This document shows positions 27,574 through 36,738 of a DNA stretch of 64,000 nucleotides, piece after piece. Each line of letters opens with the position of its first letter. The first letter of the stretch is position 1. A program made the position numbers and the translations under genes. A model generated the notes under the pieces. That model was not told where the DNA came from. It made no database searches and saw nothing but the letters and a program-made list of their open reading frames with translations. The DNA is taken from the IMG/VR virus record IMGVR_UViG_2706795930_000001, positions 28,581 through 92,580 of that record. The stretch is one strand, 5' to 3'. This DNA is from a virus. Taxonomy: Duplodnaviria; Caudoviricetes.

Positions 27574-27830
27574 CAGGCCTCGCCCCGTGAGGCCATGAAG
27601 TGCGCCTCGCTGTAGTTGACCACGGTACGGATCGCCCGTGCGGCAGCGTCACGCTCGGGGCCATCCGGGAGCTGCGCGGCGATGGCTGCCACGGTGGACT
27701 TCAGGTAGACCAGGAGCAGGAAGAGCTTCGTGGACTTGACGTCCGGCGGAAGCTGCTCAACGGTCGTCGCGAGCTTCTCGGTATCTTCCCGGCTCAGCCC
27801 ATGCTCGGTGAGGTCGAAGATGTCGGCCAT
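27573..27830 (-). CDS. hypothetical protein
   Basis: AGGAG SD, ATG 27830. Confidence 0.6.
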   Translation of the reverse strand: MADIFDLTEHGLSREDTEKLATTVEQLPPDVKSTKLFLLLVYLKSTVAAIAAQLPDGPERDAAARAIRTVVNYSEAHFMASRGEA

Positions 27831-27851
27831 GAAAACTCCTGCGGGATATGG

Positions 27852-27897
27852 AAAAGCGCACGCCCGATGCACGCGTTGTGCATCAGGCGTGCGCTTC
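27852..27897 (-). terminator. intrinsic terminator downstream of ssb
   Basis: AAGCGCACGCCTGATGCAC/GTGCATCGGGCGTGCGCTT followed by TTCC on - strand; second hairpin at 27910-27942. Confidence 0.65.
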
Positions 27898-27955
27898 ACT
27901 GGTTGGCCTGGCGGGAGGTGAAAGGAGGAAAGCCCTCCCGCCGCTGGGCCTGGTC

Positions 27956-28519
27956 TCAGAAGGGTGGCTCGTCGGAGCCGCCGCCGAAGCCGCCGCCACC
28001 GAACCCGCCGCCGTTGCCGCCGAAGCCGCCCTGGCTGGCGCCGCCCCACGGGTCGTCTGCGCCCTGCTGCCGGTTCTGCTGGCCGCCGAATCCCTGTTGC
28101 GACGCGGCATTCGACACCGACTGCTGGCCGAATCCGCCGCCGTTGCCGCCATTCTGGCGGTCGCGCTTCTTCCAGATCTGGAACATGCGAATGGTGATGA
28201 CGTCCTTCGACCGCTTCCCGCCGCCGTTCTTGTCTTCCCATTCCTGGGTCTCGATCTCGCCGACGATCTCGATCTGGTCCCCGACGTCGAGGCCCTGGTT
28301 GTAGATCGCCTCGGCGGTCTCGCTCCATGCCTGCAGATTGGCCCACTGGGTGGCCACGGTCTTGTAGTCGCTCCCGTTGTCGCCGGTGCCGGGGTCGACC
28401 TTCTTGTTCTTGTTCGACGCGGCGCGGATCTCCAGGAGGGGAGTGCCGTTCTGGCCGACGTTCTTCGCCTCGGGGTTGCTGACGACGCGGTACGTGTGGT
28501 GAATGACGGGCAGAGCCAT
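27956..28519 (-). CDS. ssb: single-stranded DNA-binding protein
   Basis: OB fold, Gly/Gln-rich linker, DDPW and acidic SDEPPF tail. Confidence 0.92.
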   Translation of the reverse strand: MALPVIHHTYRVVSNPEAKNVGQNGTPLLEIRAASNKNKKVDPGTGDNGSDYKTVATQWANLQAWSETAEAIYNQGLDVGDQIEIVGEIETQEWEDKNGGGKRSKDVITIRMFQIWKKRDRQNGGNGGGFGQQSVSNAASQQGFGGQQNRQQGADDPWGGASQGGFGGNGGGFGGGGFGGGSDEPPF

Positions 28520-28534
28520 AGGTGTTGTCTCCCT

Positions 28535-28801
28535 TTACTTCTTGAAGTGCTGACTGAGCTTGGTGTCCTTGTGGCCGGACCAGACATCGATCTGCGCGCC
28601 ACTGGCGTCTTTCAGTTCGACGACCGGGGCCTGAAGGTGGCCGAGGGCCTTGAGTTTTTCCAGGGCCCCTTCGTCGACCGTGATGTCGATGTACTCGAAC
28701 TCGATGTTGCGCTTGCGGAGCCAGTACTTCGTGGCTCTGCATTGCGGACACATCTCGTCCGGTTTGGAGAAAACGGTGACGGTGACTGCTGGGCTGGACA
28801 A
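28535..28801 (-). CDS. nrdH: NrdH-like glutaredoxin
   Basis: CPQCRATK...GHLQAPVV...WSG. Confidence 0.88.
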   Translation of the reverse strand: MSSPAVTVTVFSKPDEMCPQCRATKYWLRKRNIEFEYIDITVDEGALEKLKALGHLQAPVVELKDASGAQIDVWSGHKDTKLSQHFKK

Positions 28802-28842
28802 TTCGCTCCTCGAAACTCTCTGGGTCCATACCCTAACACGTA

Positions 28843-28856
28843 TGAGACACGCAACA
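28843..28856 (-). promoter_or_regulatory. 14-bp operator motif upstream of nrdH
   Basis: TGAGACACGCAACA on + strand. Confidence 0.7.
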
Positions 28857-28882
28857 GTGAATCTCGGGAAGCGGTTGAGGGT

Positions 28883-30496
28883 CTATCTGATCGAGGCGCG
28901 GTACGGGCGCCAGTCGAGGCTGTGGGTGGTGAGGGGTCCGGTGCGGTTCTTGCCCAGGATGAAGTTGACCTCACCGGTGGGCTTGCCCTCAAACTTCTCG
29001 TGATGGATCAGGAAGATCACGTCAGCGTCTTGCTCGATCGAGCCTGATCCGCGCAGGTCGGAGATCTCCGGCGGTCGACTGTCGGTCGCGGTGTTGCGGT
29101 TGAGCTGGACGGCGGAGACTGAGGCGGCGTTGCACTCCTTGGCGACCTGGCGGATGCCCTGGCTGATCTCTTCGAGCTGCTCGTGCCGATCCTTCTTGCC
29201 GCCGGTCTTCATGAGCTGCATGTAGTCGAACATGAAGAGGTCGATGCCCTCCTGCTCGTGGATGCGTCGGCATTCGGCCATGACCTTTTCGATCTTCAGG
29301 CCGGTGCGATCGGAGATGAACAGGTGCTTGCCTTCGACCTCGCCGATGAACTCTCCAGCCCGGACGACGTTGTGGTCGTCCATCTCGCGGCGGGTGATCT
29401 GCCCATACTCGACGTCGCCACCGGCCGCGACGACGCGGGAGACGATCTCGTTGCTGTCCATCTCTAGGGAGTAGATGACCGACTTGAAGTCATTGCGCAT
29501 CGCCTCGACAGCGATGTTGGTGAGAGACAGAGACTTTCCCTCGCCCGGACGGCCCGCGAACAGGTACGAGCGCTTGCGGTGGAACCCTCCGGAGATGGAG
29601 GAGTTGATGAAGTCCCAGGGCGTCGGGATCACATCGGCGGGATCGGCATTCTCATACCAGTCCCACCACGCGCCGGACGCCTCATCCCAGGTGACGAATG
29701 GTCGCTTCTCCTCGCGCACGACCTTGACCGTGGCGCGGTCGAGGGCACGCTGGAGGTGGGCGACCATCTCCTCGGGTGGCAGCTCGGAGGCGACCTTGAA
29801 CTCACCCCAGATCTCGCTCAGGACAGCCCGCTTCGAGAGCTCCTGGTCGGCGACAAACTCCGCGGGGTCTCGGCCCGCGGCGATGTGATCAGCCGCATCC
29901 TTACCGACCGCCGCCTGCACGACCTCGACCTCGCAGTGTGGGGCAAGGAGATCGACGATGTCCTTCGCGTGCTGCTCGCCCTTGAGGTCGTTGTCGCGGA
30001 CGATCACCACCCGGCGGCCGAAGAGGGGGGACCAGTCGAACATCTTCGCCTTGCCGGCGCCCATTGCGGTCGACACCGCGGTGACGCCGCTGGCCTCCAG
30101 GGCGTGCACGTCCTTCTCGCCCTCGACCACGTAGACCGTATCCGCGTCGCCGAGGCGTTCTACCCGGTAGAGCTGGTCGCCCTTGGTGTTTCCGGACTGG
30201 CGGAAGTCCTTGCCGGGTGAGCGGTGCACCCGCCGGCCGTCGGAGTACTTGTACTCGACCCCACGGTCCGAGTCGAAGAGATCCTTCATCTCCAGGCCGA
30301 GGCGTTCGAGGACGACCTCGGTCTCGTCGGAGTGTGAGTGGATCAGGACCTGGCCGCCGATGTCGGTGATCGTTACCGATCGGTCCTGGGTCGAGTGGCC
30401 GGGGGCCTGTGCGGCGTAGCGGTTCGCGGACTTCTGATCGAGGATCAATCCCTCGTCCCGGAACCGGTCGACGACGCGGTCGAATGCGACACCCAA
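28883..30496 (-). CDS. DNA primase/helicase (TOPRIM + DnaB-like)
   Basis: VVEGEKD, DNDLKG, KDAADH; AGRPGEGKS Walker A, FDYMQL, QLNR, DLRGSGSIEQDAD, KNRTG. Confidence 0.93.
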   Translation of the reverse strand: MGVAFDRVVDRFRDEGLILDQKSANRYAAQAPGHSTQDRSVTITDIGGQVLIHSHSDETEVVLERLGLEMKDLFDSDRGVEYKYSDGRRVHRSPGKDFRQSGNTKGDQLYRVERLGDADTVYVVEGEKDVHALEASGVTAVSTAMGAGKAKMFDWSPLFGRRVVIVRDNDLKGEQHAKDIVDLLAPHCEVEVVQAAVGKDAADHIAAGRDPAEFVADQELSKRAVLSEIWGEFKVASELPPEEMVAHLQRALDRATVKVVREEKRPFVTWDEASGAWWDWYENADPADVIPTPWDFINSSISGGFHRKRSYLFAGRPGEGKSLSLTNIAVEAMRNDFKSVIYSLEMDSNEIVSRVVAAGGDVEYGQITRREMDDHNVVRAGEFIGEVEGKHLFISDRTGLKIEKVMAECRRIHEQEGIDLFMFDYMQLMKTGGKKDRHEQLEEISQGIRQVAKECNAASVSAVQLNRNTATDSRPPEISDLRGSGSIEQDADVIFLIHHEKFEGKPTGEVNFILGKNRTGPLTTHSLDWRPYRASIR

Positions 30497-30501
30497 AGTG
30501 C

Positions 30502-31047
30502 TTATCCCTCCAGGGATTTGACGCTAACTGAACCGAGCGAACGAGAGTCGCCGGCGGAGGCAAGAACGCGACCTTCGATCTCGATGAGATTCTGGCCGAT
30601 CCATGCCTGGAATTGCCCCCGGTGGAACTGGCGAACTGCCTGAGTGCCCGCGGCCGCGACCTCAGCGGGCGGCTCGGGGGGAGCCCAGTGTAGCCCACAC
30701 TTTTCCTGAATCACGGTCGAGTAGGGAAAGTAACTCCACTTCCGCAGCCAATGACGAACTCGCTCAGGGGAACTCGTGACGGGGAGCCGGTTCACATATC
30801 CGATCACGTCGCCCGGCATGATCGGGAATGCGTTCGGCTTGCGATAGTGTGCTGCAACGGCATCCAGCCCCTCCTGGAGGAAAACATCGCTATCCCGGAG
30901 GAGCTCGGCCCAGGCGGCGACCTGCGCTGCGATGCCGCCGAGTTCGTCCGAGACGCGCACCCGGGGGTCGACGATCGCGGCCTTGGTGAGGATCGCCTGA
31001 GCGATCGGCGTGACCTCGGCCATGGTGCGGGGCTTCGGGGTCGTCAT
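30502..31047 (-). CDS. hypothetical protein (helicase-loader-like position)
   Basis: AWAELL...AVAAHY...IMPGDV motif between repA and helicase. Confidence 0.65.
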   Translation of the reverse strand: MTTPKPRTMAEVTPIAQAILTKAAIVDPRVRVSDELGGIAAQVAAWAELLRDSDVFLQEGLDAVAAHYRKPNAFPIMPGDVIGYVNRLPVTSSPERVRHWLRKWSYFPYSTVIQEKCGLHWAPPEPPAEVAAAGTQAVRQFHRGQFQAWIGQNLIEIEGRVLASAGDSRSLGSVSVKSLEG

Positions 31048-31964
31048 CAGAACGGCCTCTCATTTTCGATCTGACGGTCGCTTTCGGCGAATTGGTCCGC
31101 GAGTGCGCGAACGTCCACATTCATCACCGCACGGGCCGCCTGGGCCCCGCGAACGGTGCCGTCCGCTCGGCCGCCGCGGTTGTGCATCTGAAGTTTCAGG
31201 GTGTCGAACTTCTTGCGGAGCTTCGGGACGCTGAGGATGTTCGACTTCCAGAAGCTGTCGTTCTGGCACCAATCGATGACCGCGTGGATGTCCGACTCGG
31301 GGATCTTGTCGTTGTCGAGCAGGCGCCGGGCTTCGTCTCGCCACGACTTGGTGATGGCTGGTTTGCGGGTGCCGTTGTCGAGCATCCGCTGCGCCAGGTG
31401 ACCGCAGACGCGCTCGACGTCGGGCCGATCTTCCTCGACACCACGAAGCTCGATCTCCTTGGATTCTGCCGGTGTCGGGCTCGACTCCGACGAAGGAGGA
31501 GGCGAGGGACTCTTCTGTTCCCCTGTTCCCCTGTTCCCCTGTTCCCCTGTTCCGGGCAATGAATCCTCGCGAGTATTCGTGTAAGACTCGCGATCGACGT
31601 CCTCAGAGAACTCCAAAGTGCCGTCTGGCCTGGGGAAACGCCCCTTGTTGGGTCGGTCGATGCGCTGCCACGTCTTCCAGCGGTCGACATAGATCAGATG
31701 TTCGCCTGCGGCCTCGTATCGGATGAGGATTCCGGCGGCCGCGAGCTGCAAAAAACCGTCCTCAACCCTCGCGAGGGTGTCGCGAGAGTCTCGCGCAAGG
31801 TCGTGCGGGAAGACGTCTGCGGCGAACAGGACCGGTGAATCCTTGCCGACTCCGTTGTCGTCAACGTAGGACTCGATGCCCTTGAGAACGAGCCTCGTGG
31901 ACCAGTCGAGTCGGCTGATTGTCTCGGACCGCCAGAACTCCGGCTTGGTGCTTCGGATGCGCAT
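31047..31964 (-). CDS. RepA-like replication initiator
   Basis: MRIRSTKPEFW...DDNG N-terminus; IDWCQNDSFWKSNILSVPKLRKKFDTL C-terminus. Confidence 0.85.
   Translation of the reverse strand: MRIRSTKPEFWRSETISRLDWSTRLVLKGIESYVDDNGVGKDSPVLFAADVFPHDLARDSRDTLARVEDGFLQLAAAGILIRYEAAGEHLIYVDRWKTWQRIDRPNKGRFPRPDGTLEFSEDVDRESYTNTREDSLPGTGEQGNRGTGEQKSPSPPPSSESSPTPAESKEIELRGVEEDRPDVERVCGHLAQRMLDNGTRKPAITKSWRDEARRLLDNDKIPESDIHAVIDWCQNDSFWKSNILSVPKLRKKFDTLKLQMHNRGGRADGTVRGAQAARAVMNVDVRALADQFAESDRQIENERPF
31515..31554. repeat. 5 x 8-bp tandem repeat CTGTTCCC inside repA
   Basis: Directly visible; last copy CTGTTCCG. Confidence 0.9.
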
Positions 31965-31973
31965 TGTGTCCCC

Positions 31974-32801
31974 TCAGGCCGCGGCGGTGAGCAGTTCGGC
32001 GAGCTGTTCGACTTCGCGGTTCCAGACGTCCTGGTGCCGTTCGGGATCGACCTCGTGACGCGGTGGTCGGTACTCCTTGCTCACCGCGGTCCTGAGGCGG
32101 TCGATGGTGTATTCGTCGTACTGCAGGGGGAGCAGCCAGCCGGCCGCCTTCGCCATGTCTCGCGCTTCGTCGGACGGCCCGGGGATCTGCTCCAGTCGGC
32201 TGAAGAGCGGATGGATTGCCCGGGCCACGGATGGCAGAACCTCGTCGGCGCCGACGAGCATTTCGTCGACGACCGACTCGGAGACACCGAGTTCGTCGGC
32301 GAGCATCGCGGGGGTGTATCCCCAGCGAACGAGTGCCTGTAGTCGGCGCGTGGTCCCGAGTGGCGTGGCGATCTTGCGGCGGAGGTCGGCGGGGATCGCT
32401 TCGAGGCGGTCGGCGATCACCTCGCGCATCGTCCGTCCGAGTCGCCCGTCACGGATGTGCCGGATGAGGCAGCGATCGGCGCCGGACAGGTCGCACAGCT
32501 GAGTCAGGTCATAGCCGCAGTCGTCGAGCAGCGTCCGAATGTGTTGAGAGATGGCGGCCTTGCGGTCATCGTCGATGTCACCACGGCCCTCGTCGTCGCC
32601 GTGGTAGACCATCCAGCGAGCGCACGCATCCTCGATGCGGTCGGCCACGGCGTCGTCGACGTCACCGATCCTTCCGTCGTAGATGCGTTCGATGGACGCG
32701 ACACTCAAGCCACTGAGGGTGGCGATGTCGGTGATCATGGCGGTGTGGTTGAGGGCGGTGTCGATGGCGGTCACGGCCACTCGGGTGGTGAGGGTGATCA
32801 A
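31974..32801 (-). CDS. multi-HTH DNA-binding protein
   Basis: Three HTH-like repeats; GTTRRLQALVRWGYT motif. Confidence 0.75.
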   Translation of the reverse strand: MITLTTRVAVTAIDTALNHTAMITDIATLSGLSVASIERIYDGRIGDVDDAVADRIEDACARWMVYHGDDEGRGDIDDDRKAAISQHIRTLLDDCGYDLTQLCDLSGADRCLIRHIRDGRLGRTMREVIADRLEAIPADLRRKIATPLGTTRRLQALVRWGYTPAMLADELGVSESVVDEMLVGADEVLPSVARAIHPLFSRLEQIPGPSDEARDMAKAAGWLLPLQYDEYTIDRLRTAVSKEYRPPRHEVDPERHQDVWNREVEQLAELLTAAA

Positions 32802-32965
32802 GCTGCACGCTCCTTTGCGATGTGTCGGGCAAGTTCGTCGCGGTGGTCGGCGCAGAGCCATTGCTCTCCGCCCCAGCGCTTTTCGTGTCTAACAAGCTCC
32901 GACGCCTGCTCTCCGCACTCGGAGAACAGGTCGCGGAACTCGCAGACTGGGTTGGGGTCAGGCAT
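32798..32965 (-). CDS. small hypothetical protein
   Basis: C...C...LCADH. Confidence 0.5.
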   Translation of the reverse strand: MPDPNPVCEFRDLFSECGEQASELVRHEKRWGGEQWLCADHRDELARHIAKERAA

Positions 32966-33089
32966 CGCGTTCGTCGAGGTAGGCCGGCGCATAGTCCTCG
33001 ACGTACTCGCTGAGGGGTTGCCAGTCCTCGTCGTCGTAGCCGCTGTTGTCGTCGTAGTCATCCGCGGTGCTGTCGTAGATGATCGCCAC
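32958..33089 (-). CDS. small very acidic protein
   Basis: GTG after GGAAG; D/E/Y-rich. Confidence 0.45.
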   Translation of the reverse strand: MAIIYDSTADDYDDNSGYDDEDWQPLSEYVEDYAPAYLDERDA

Positions 33090-33091
33090 GG

Positions 33092-33415
33092 TCAGATCAC
33101 TTCCGGCTGCCCGTACGAGACATGCATCACCCGGCGCACGAGAGAAGGTGCGTAGCCCTGAATCCCAAACCTCTGCGCGTCGGCGATCAAGTCTCGGAGC
33201 AGGTCGAAAGCAGCATTCCGGTCGGAGGTCCACCACTCGTCGCTCCAGCGGTCGGCGCCGGATGGTCGCTCGTCGGCATTGACGATCTGGCCGGATGGCA
33301 GGCGAACGGAGTACTGCGAAGAGGTTGCTACGACCGGTGGCTCCGTCGCCGGGGGAACCTTGCCCGGCGCCTTGTATGGGTGGGTGGTCAGAAGCATCGT
33401 CTTGCTGGCGTCCAT
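33092..33415 (-). CDS. hypothetical protein
   Basis: AAGGGG SD; degenerate operator at 33116-33129. Confidence 0.55.
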   Translation of the reverse strand: MDASKTMLLTTHPYKAPGKVPPATEPPVVATSSQYSVRLPSGQIVNADERPSGADRWSDEWWTSDRNAAFDLLRDLIADAQRFGIQGYAPSLVRRVMHVSYGQPEVI

Positions 33416-33425
33416 GAAGTGCCCC

Positions 33426-33626
33426 TTACTCTTCGTTGGCAACTGCGGATGGGAGGGCCTCGAACCAGGCCTTGAGTTCGACGTCGGGGATGATCGTCCG
33501 GCCGCGGACCTTCACGGCCCCGAGCTCGCCGTCGTCGATCAGACGCTGGATGGTCTGCTCGCTCACGCCGACGATGGCGCCGGCTTCCTTCTTGGTGTGG
33601 CCGAGCTTCATGCTTGCCGGGGTCAC
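33426..33626 (-). CDS. excisionase-like HTH (MerR-type) protein
   Basis: TKKEAGAIVGVSEQTIQRLIDDGELGAVKVRGRTII. Confidence 0.8.
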   Translation of the reverse strand: MTPASMKLGHTKKEAGAIVGVSEQTIQRLIDDGELGAVKVRGRTIIPDVELKAWFEALPSAVANEE

Positions 33627-34453
33627 GCCTCGATCTCCCCTGCAACGATCTCGCCGTCGATGACGTTGGACTGGTCGAGCACGACCGTCGGGTCATCCGG
33701 GGGAGAGATGGTGGCGGTGGTGAAGGGTTCGGTGGCCGCGGCGATGTTGCCGAGCTGGTTGCGCAGATCCTCGGTCGAGGTGTCGACGAACTCGATGAGT
33801 CGGCGGATCGCGGTCTTGAGGACCATGGTCTCGTCCCAGTCCTGCCAGACCTTGCCCTTGGACAGAGCCCGGGCCTTGCCGACGGCGCGGGGGTCAGCGA
33901 TGGCGACCGCGGTGGTGGTGCCGTCGAAGCGCACGGCGTACGCGTAGGACATGATCGGCTTGGCGTCGCGAGTGCGTGCGGCCCAGTCGATCTCGTGTCG
34001 CGGACGGTCGTCGGTGTTGCGGTCGTACTGGAACTTGCCGGCGGCGTATTCGGTGTCGTAGACGACCTCGGCGACGACGCGGCTGTACTGGCCGGAGCGC
34101 AGGATGCGCTGGATCATGCCCTTGTAGGACTCGGCGCCCTGGATCTTCCCGGAGCGGATGGTGAGGTAGTAGTCCTCGGTGCCGGGGATGTGGCCGAGTC
34201 GGGCGCATTCGAGGAGTGCGCGCATGAGGGCCGCGTAGTCGTTCGAGGCGGCGCGCTCGATCTCGGGCTTGGCCTTGACGGCGGCCTGGGCCATACGGAG
34301 CCAGGTGCGGTGATCGACCTGGGATGGCATGACCTTGAAGAAGTCGTCCGAGCGACTCTCGATGAGGCTGAATGGGGAGTTCTGCTGCTGTGCGGGTGCG
34401 TTACCCGATGGCTCGCCCTGTTGCTGGGCGATGGCATTGCCGATGAGGGACAA
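33623..34453 (-). CDS. recT: RecT-like ssDNA annealing protein
   Basis: ECARLGHIPG..YYL...SYKGMIQRILRSG...WDETMVLKTAIRRL. Confidence 0.88.
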   Translation of the reverse strand: MSLIGNAIAQQQGEPSGNAPAQQQNSPFSLIESRSDDFFKVMPSQVDHRTWLRMAQAAVKAKPEIERAASNDYAALMRALLECARLGHIPGTEDYYLTIRSGKIQGAESYKGMIQRILRSGQYSRVVAEVVYDTEYAAGKFQYDRNTDDRPRHEIDWAARTRDAKPIMSYAYAVRFDGTTTAVAIADPRAVGKARALSKGKVWQDWDETMVLKTAIRRLIEFVDTSTEDLRNQLGNIAAATEPFTTATISPPDDPTVVLDQSNVIDGEIVAGEIEA

Positions 34454-34492
34454 CGTGTTTGATCCTTTGCTGGTGAACGAGGAGCGATTGGG

Positions 34493-34537
34493 ACTCTAGT
34501 GTCGCACGTCTCGTAAGTCAACACGAGACATGCAACA
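34493..34537 (-). promoter_or_regulatory. SigA-like promoter for recT with flanking and internal operator motifs
   Basis: TTGACT (34521-34516)-17 nt-TAGAGT (34498-34493); operator 34524-34537 and a degenerate inverted copy in the spacer. Confidence 0.75.
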
Positions 34538-34543
34538 CAGAAA

Positions 34544-35572
34544 TCATGCGGCGGCGAGCGCCTCGCGGATGGACTCGGGGTAGGGCTCTTCGAGGCCGAG
34601 ATACCGGAGGTAGAGCTTGTTCCCGCGGGCTGGTCGTTGACGCCGAGCGATCTTCTCGACCGACACGTCGAACTCGCTCTCACCCTCGCGCTCGACGTAG
34701 ACGTACTGCGCCCGGCCGGCGAGGTGGAGCACGGTGGACTCCATGAAGGTGCGCTCTTCCTTGGCCTCGTCGTACGCCTTCATGGCGGCCATGTAGCGCG
34801 CCGCGGTGTCCGGATCGAGAGTGATCCCTTCGCCGGGGTCCATGTCGGGGTGGATCTCGCGGAGGATCTCGTACGTCGCCATGTGGCGGTCGAGGTTTGG
34901 CTCGATGCCGGCTGCCAGGTTGTCCATGAACTGCTGGCCGGCGTCGATGAGCATCTGTGCATCCTCGGCCGAGTAGTCGAACTCGTACACGCGGTAGTCC
35001 CAGCCGCTGATGAGCACCGCGACGTAGATCTTCGGCACCCGCATCACCGCGGCGTAGTACATGACCTGGCACAGGTAATAGATCGGGATCTGCTTGGACC
35101 CCTTCGGTCCCCACCCTGTGCCCTGCATGGAGGTCTTGATCTCCAGCAGCGCGACACAGTTGCCTTGTTCGTCCCAGATCAAGCCGTCGGGGTTGACGTT
35201 CATCCATGGTCGATTCAGGTCACGGAAGGTGTCGCCGGTCGTCATGGTGTGACCGGCAGGGAAGAGCGTCTTGAGGGTGGGGCCGAATCTTCCATCACCC
35301 TCGGCGAACTCGCGGTAGATCGTCGGCTCGTGCGCGGTGCCCCAGTGCATGACATCGCTCTCCTCGACGGGCGCGATGTTCGCACCGTCGCGCTTCCGGT
35401 AATAAAGCGAGAAGTAGCTCTCCCACGGGTTGAGACCGACGACGGCCGAGATCTCAGATCCGCCAATGGCATTGGCCCGCGCCGCGTGCCACTCGGGGGA
35501 GCCTGCCGGCCACCGGCCGATGGCGACCGCGTTGTCGTTGATGACCTCGCCAACCTCGATGGAGTCACGCAA
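34544..35572 (-). CDS. RecE-like YqaJ exonuclease
   Basis: WHAARANAIGGSEISAVVGLNPW, NPDG, LEIKT, YYLCQVMYY. Confidence 0.9.
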   Translation of the reverse strand: MRDSIEVGEVINDNAVAIGRWPAGSPEWHAARANAIGGSEISAVVGLNPWESYFSLYYRKRDGANIAPVEESDVMHWGTAHEPTIYREFAEGDGRFGPTLKTLFPAGHTMTTGDTFRDLNRPWMNVNPDGLIWDEQGNCVALLEIKTSMQGTGWGPKGSKQIPIYYLCQVMYYAAVMRVPKIYVAVLISGWDYRVYEFDYSAEDAQMLIDAGQQFMDNLAAGIEPNLDRHMATYEILREIHPDMDPGEGITLDPDTAARYMAAMKAYDEAKEERTFMESTVLHLAGRAQYVYVEREGESEFDVSVEKIARRQRPARGNKLYLRYLGLEEPYPESIREALAAA

Positions 35573-35792
35573 TTGCGTACTCCTGAACCCTCGACTCGTG
35601 AACCTCGGTGCGGATCTTCGCCCACCCGGCGTCCCGCACGAGCTTCACGACGATCCCGGATGGCGGTCGCTGTCGCGTCCGCCGAGTGGCAATCGACACG
35701 CGCATCCGTGCGCCTTCGACGACCCAGATGAATGGCTCGCCCTTGATCCGAACGGTGTCGCCGGGTTTGAACCGGCCGGGCATGACGTTCAT
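35565..35792 (-). CDS. small SH3/KOW-like hypothetical protein
   Basis: FKPGDTVRIKG; AGAGGGA SD. Confidence 0.55.
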   Translation of the reverse strand: MNVMPGRFKPGDTVRIKGEPFIWVVEGARMRVSIATRRTRQRPPSGIVVKLVRDAGWAKIRTEVHESRVQEYAIA

Positions 35793-35805
35793 AGATTCCC
35801 TCTGG

Positions 35806-35910
35806 TTGACGTTGCGTGTCTCATACGCTATCACGCGAGGGTGACAAGAATCGCTGGCATTGGCCCGCCCGGGGGATTGGCTTGACGTTGCATCCCTCAT
35901 GAGACATGAT
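35806..35910 (+). promoter_or_regulatory. two tandem SigA-like promoters with operator motifs in their spacers
   Basis: TTGACG(35806)-17-TATCAC with GTTGCGTGTCTCA inside; TTGACG(35882)-17-CATGAT with degenerate GTTGCATCCCTCA inside. Confidence 0.75.
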
Positions 35911-35917
35911 TGCCGCC

Positions 35918-36391
35918 ATGTCTACGTCTAGTGATCTGCCCGAACCCTGGCATTCCGCGCTGCTCGATGCGGGATTCACGGGTCCATCGGGCGCACCGTC
36001 ACTGCGTCGACTTGCCGAGGCAATGGACGTTCATCCCTCCACGGTGTCTCGCGTAATTCGTGGCACGAATGCCCGGGGCGCTCGGCCCGAGTTCGTCCGA
36101 AATCTCGCGAAGGCGCTGAAGCGTAAGCCCGAGGTCGTCGCCGGTTGGGCGGGGGAGCAGTGGGAGTCGGGCCTGGAGGCGTATGTCCCGCCGGACGGCT
36201 CCGAGACCCTCACGCTGCGCCAGCGCGAAGCGGCCGACCGAATGATCCGCGCCTTCATCGACATCAACCGACGCGAGCGCAGTCGTCGGGCGCTCGACTC
36301 CAAGATGGTGCGCGGTCTCGCCGAGCGTCTCGGCAAGACTCGTGCCGAGGTGGCGGATGCGCTGGAGGAGATCGAGACCGTCGACGAGTAG
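35918..36391 (+). CDS. XRE-type HTH regulator, candidate immunity repressor
   Basis: SLRRLAEAMDVHPSTVSRVIRG HTH; probably leaderless (ATG 7 nt after -10); own terminator. Confidence 0.8.
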   Translation: MSTSSDLPEPWHSALLDAGFTGPSGAPSLRRLAEAMDVHPSTVSRVIRGTNARGARPEFVRNLAKALKRKPEVVAGWAGEQWESGLEAYVPPDGSETLTLRQREAADRMIRAFIDINRRERSRRALDSKMVRGLAERLGKTRAEVADALEEIETVDE

Positions 36392-36422
36392 TGGCTGCGC
36401 ACAACAGAATACGAGAAAACTG

Positions 36423-36460
36423 ACACAACCCCCGGGAATGTTCCCGGGGGTTGTGTTTTG
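36423..36460 (+). terminator. intrinsic terminator after HTH gene
   Basis: ACACAACCCCCGGGAA/TTCCCGGGGGTTGTGT + TTTG. Confidence 0.8.
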
Positions 36461-36496
36461 CCCACTCGCTATGTGTATAGTGGCTCGTGCATCGCA

Positions 36497-36510
36497 TGAG
36501 ACACGCAACA
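36497..36510 (-). promoter_or_regulatory. 14-bp operator just downstream of a TATAGT -10 element
   Basis: TGAGACACGCAACA on + strand. Confidence 0.7.
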
Positions 36511-36525
36511 TGGAGGAGGACGGGA

Positions 36526-36738
36526 ATGGCAGAAGAAGGTTGCCCAGCCCAGCTGGGCCGGACCGTCAAGGGCGAGCGATTCCTGCTCGACTGCGCGATC
36601 AAACCGGACGAGCACGCCGGCCGCAGCCACGAGCTCGCCAACGGAATCCGCTGGCAGGACAACACGACCCTGGTCGCTGAGCATCAGCTCGCCGGACTCC
36701 CGCGCCCGGATGCCAACCGCCGCAACAAGGGGGCGTGA
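36526..36738 (+). CDS. hypothetical protein
   Basis: GGAGGAGG SD. Confidence 0.6.
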   Translation: MAEEGCPAQLGRTVKGERFLLDCAIKPDEHAGRSHELANGIRWQDNTTLVAEHQLAGLPRPDANRRNKGA

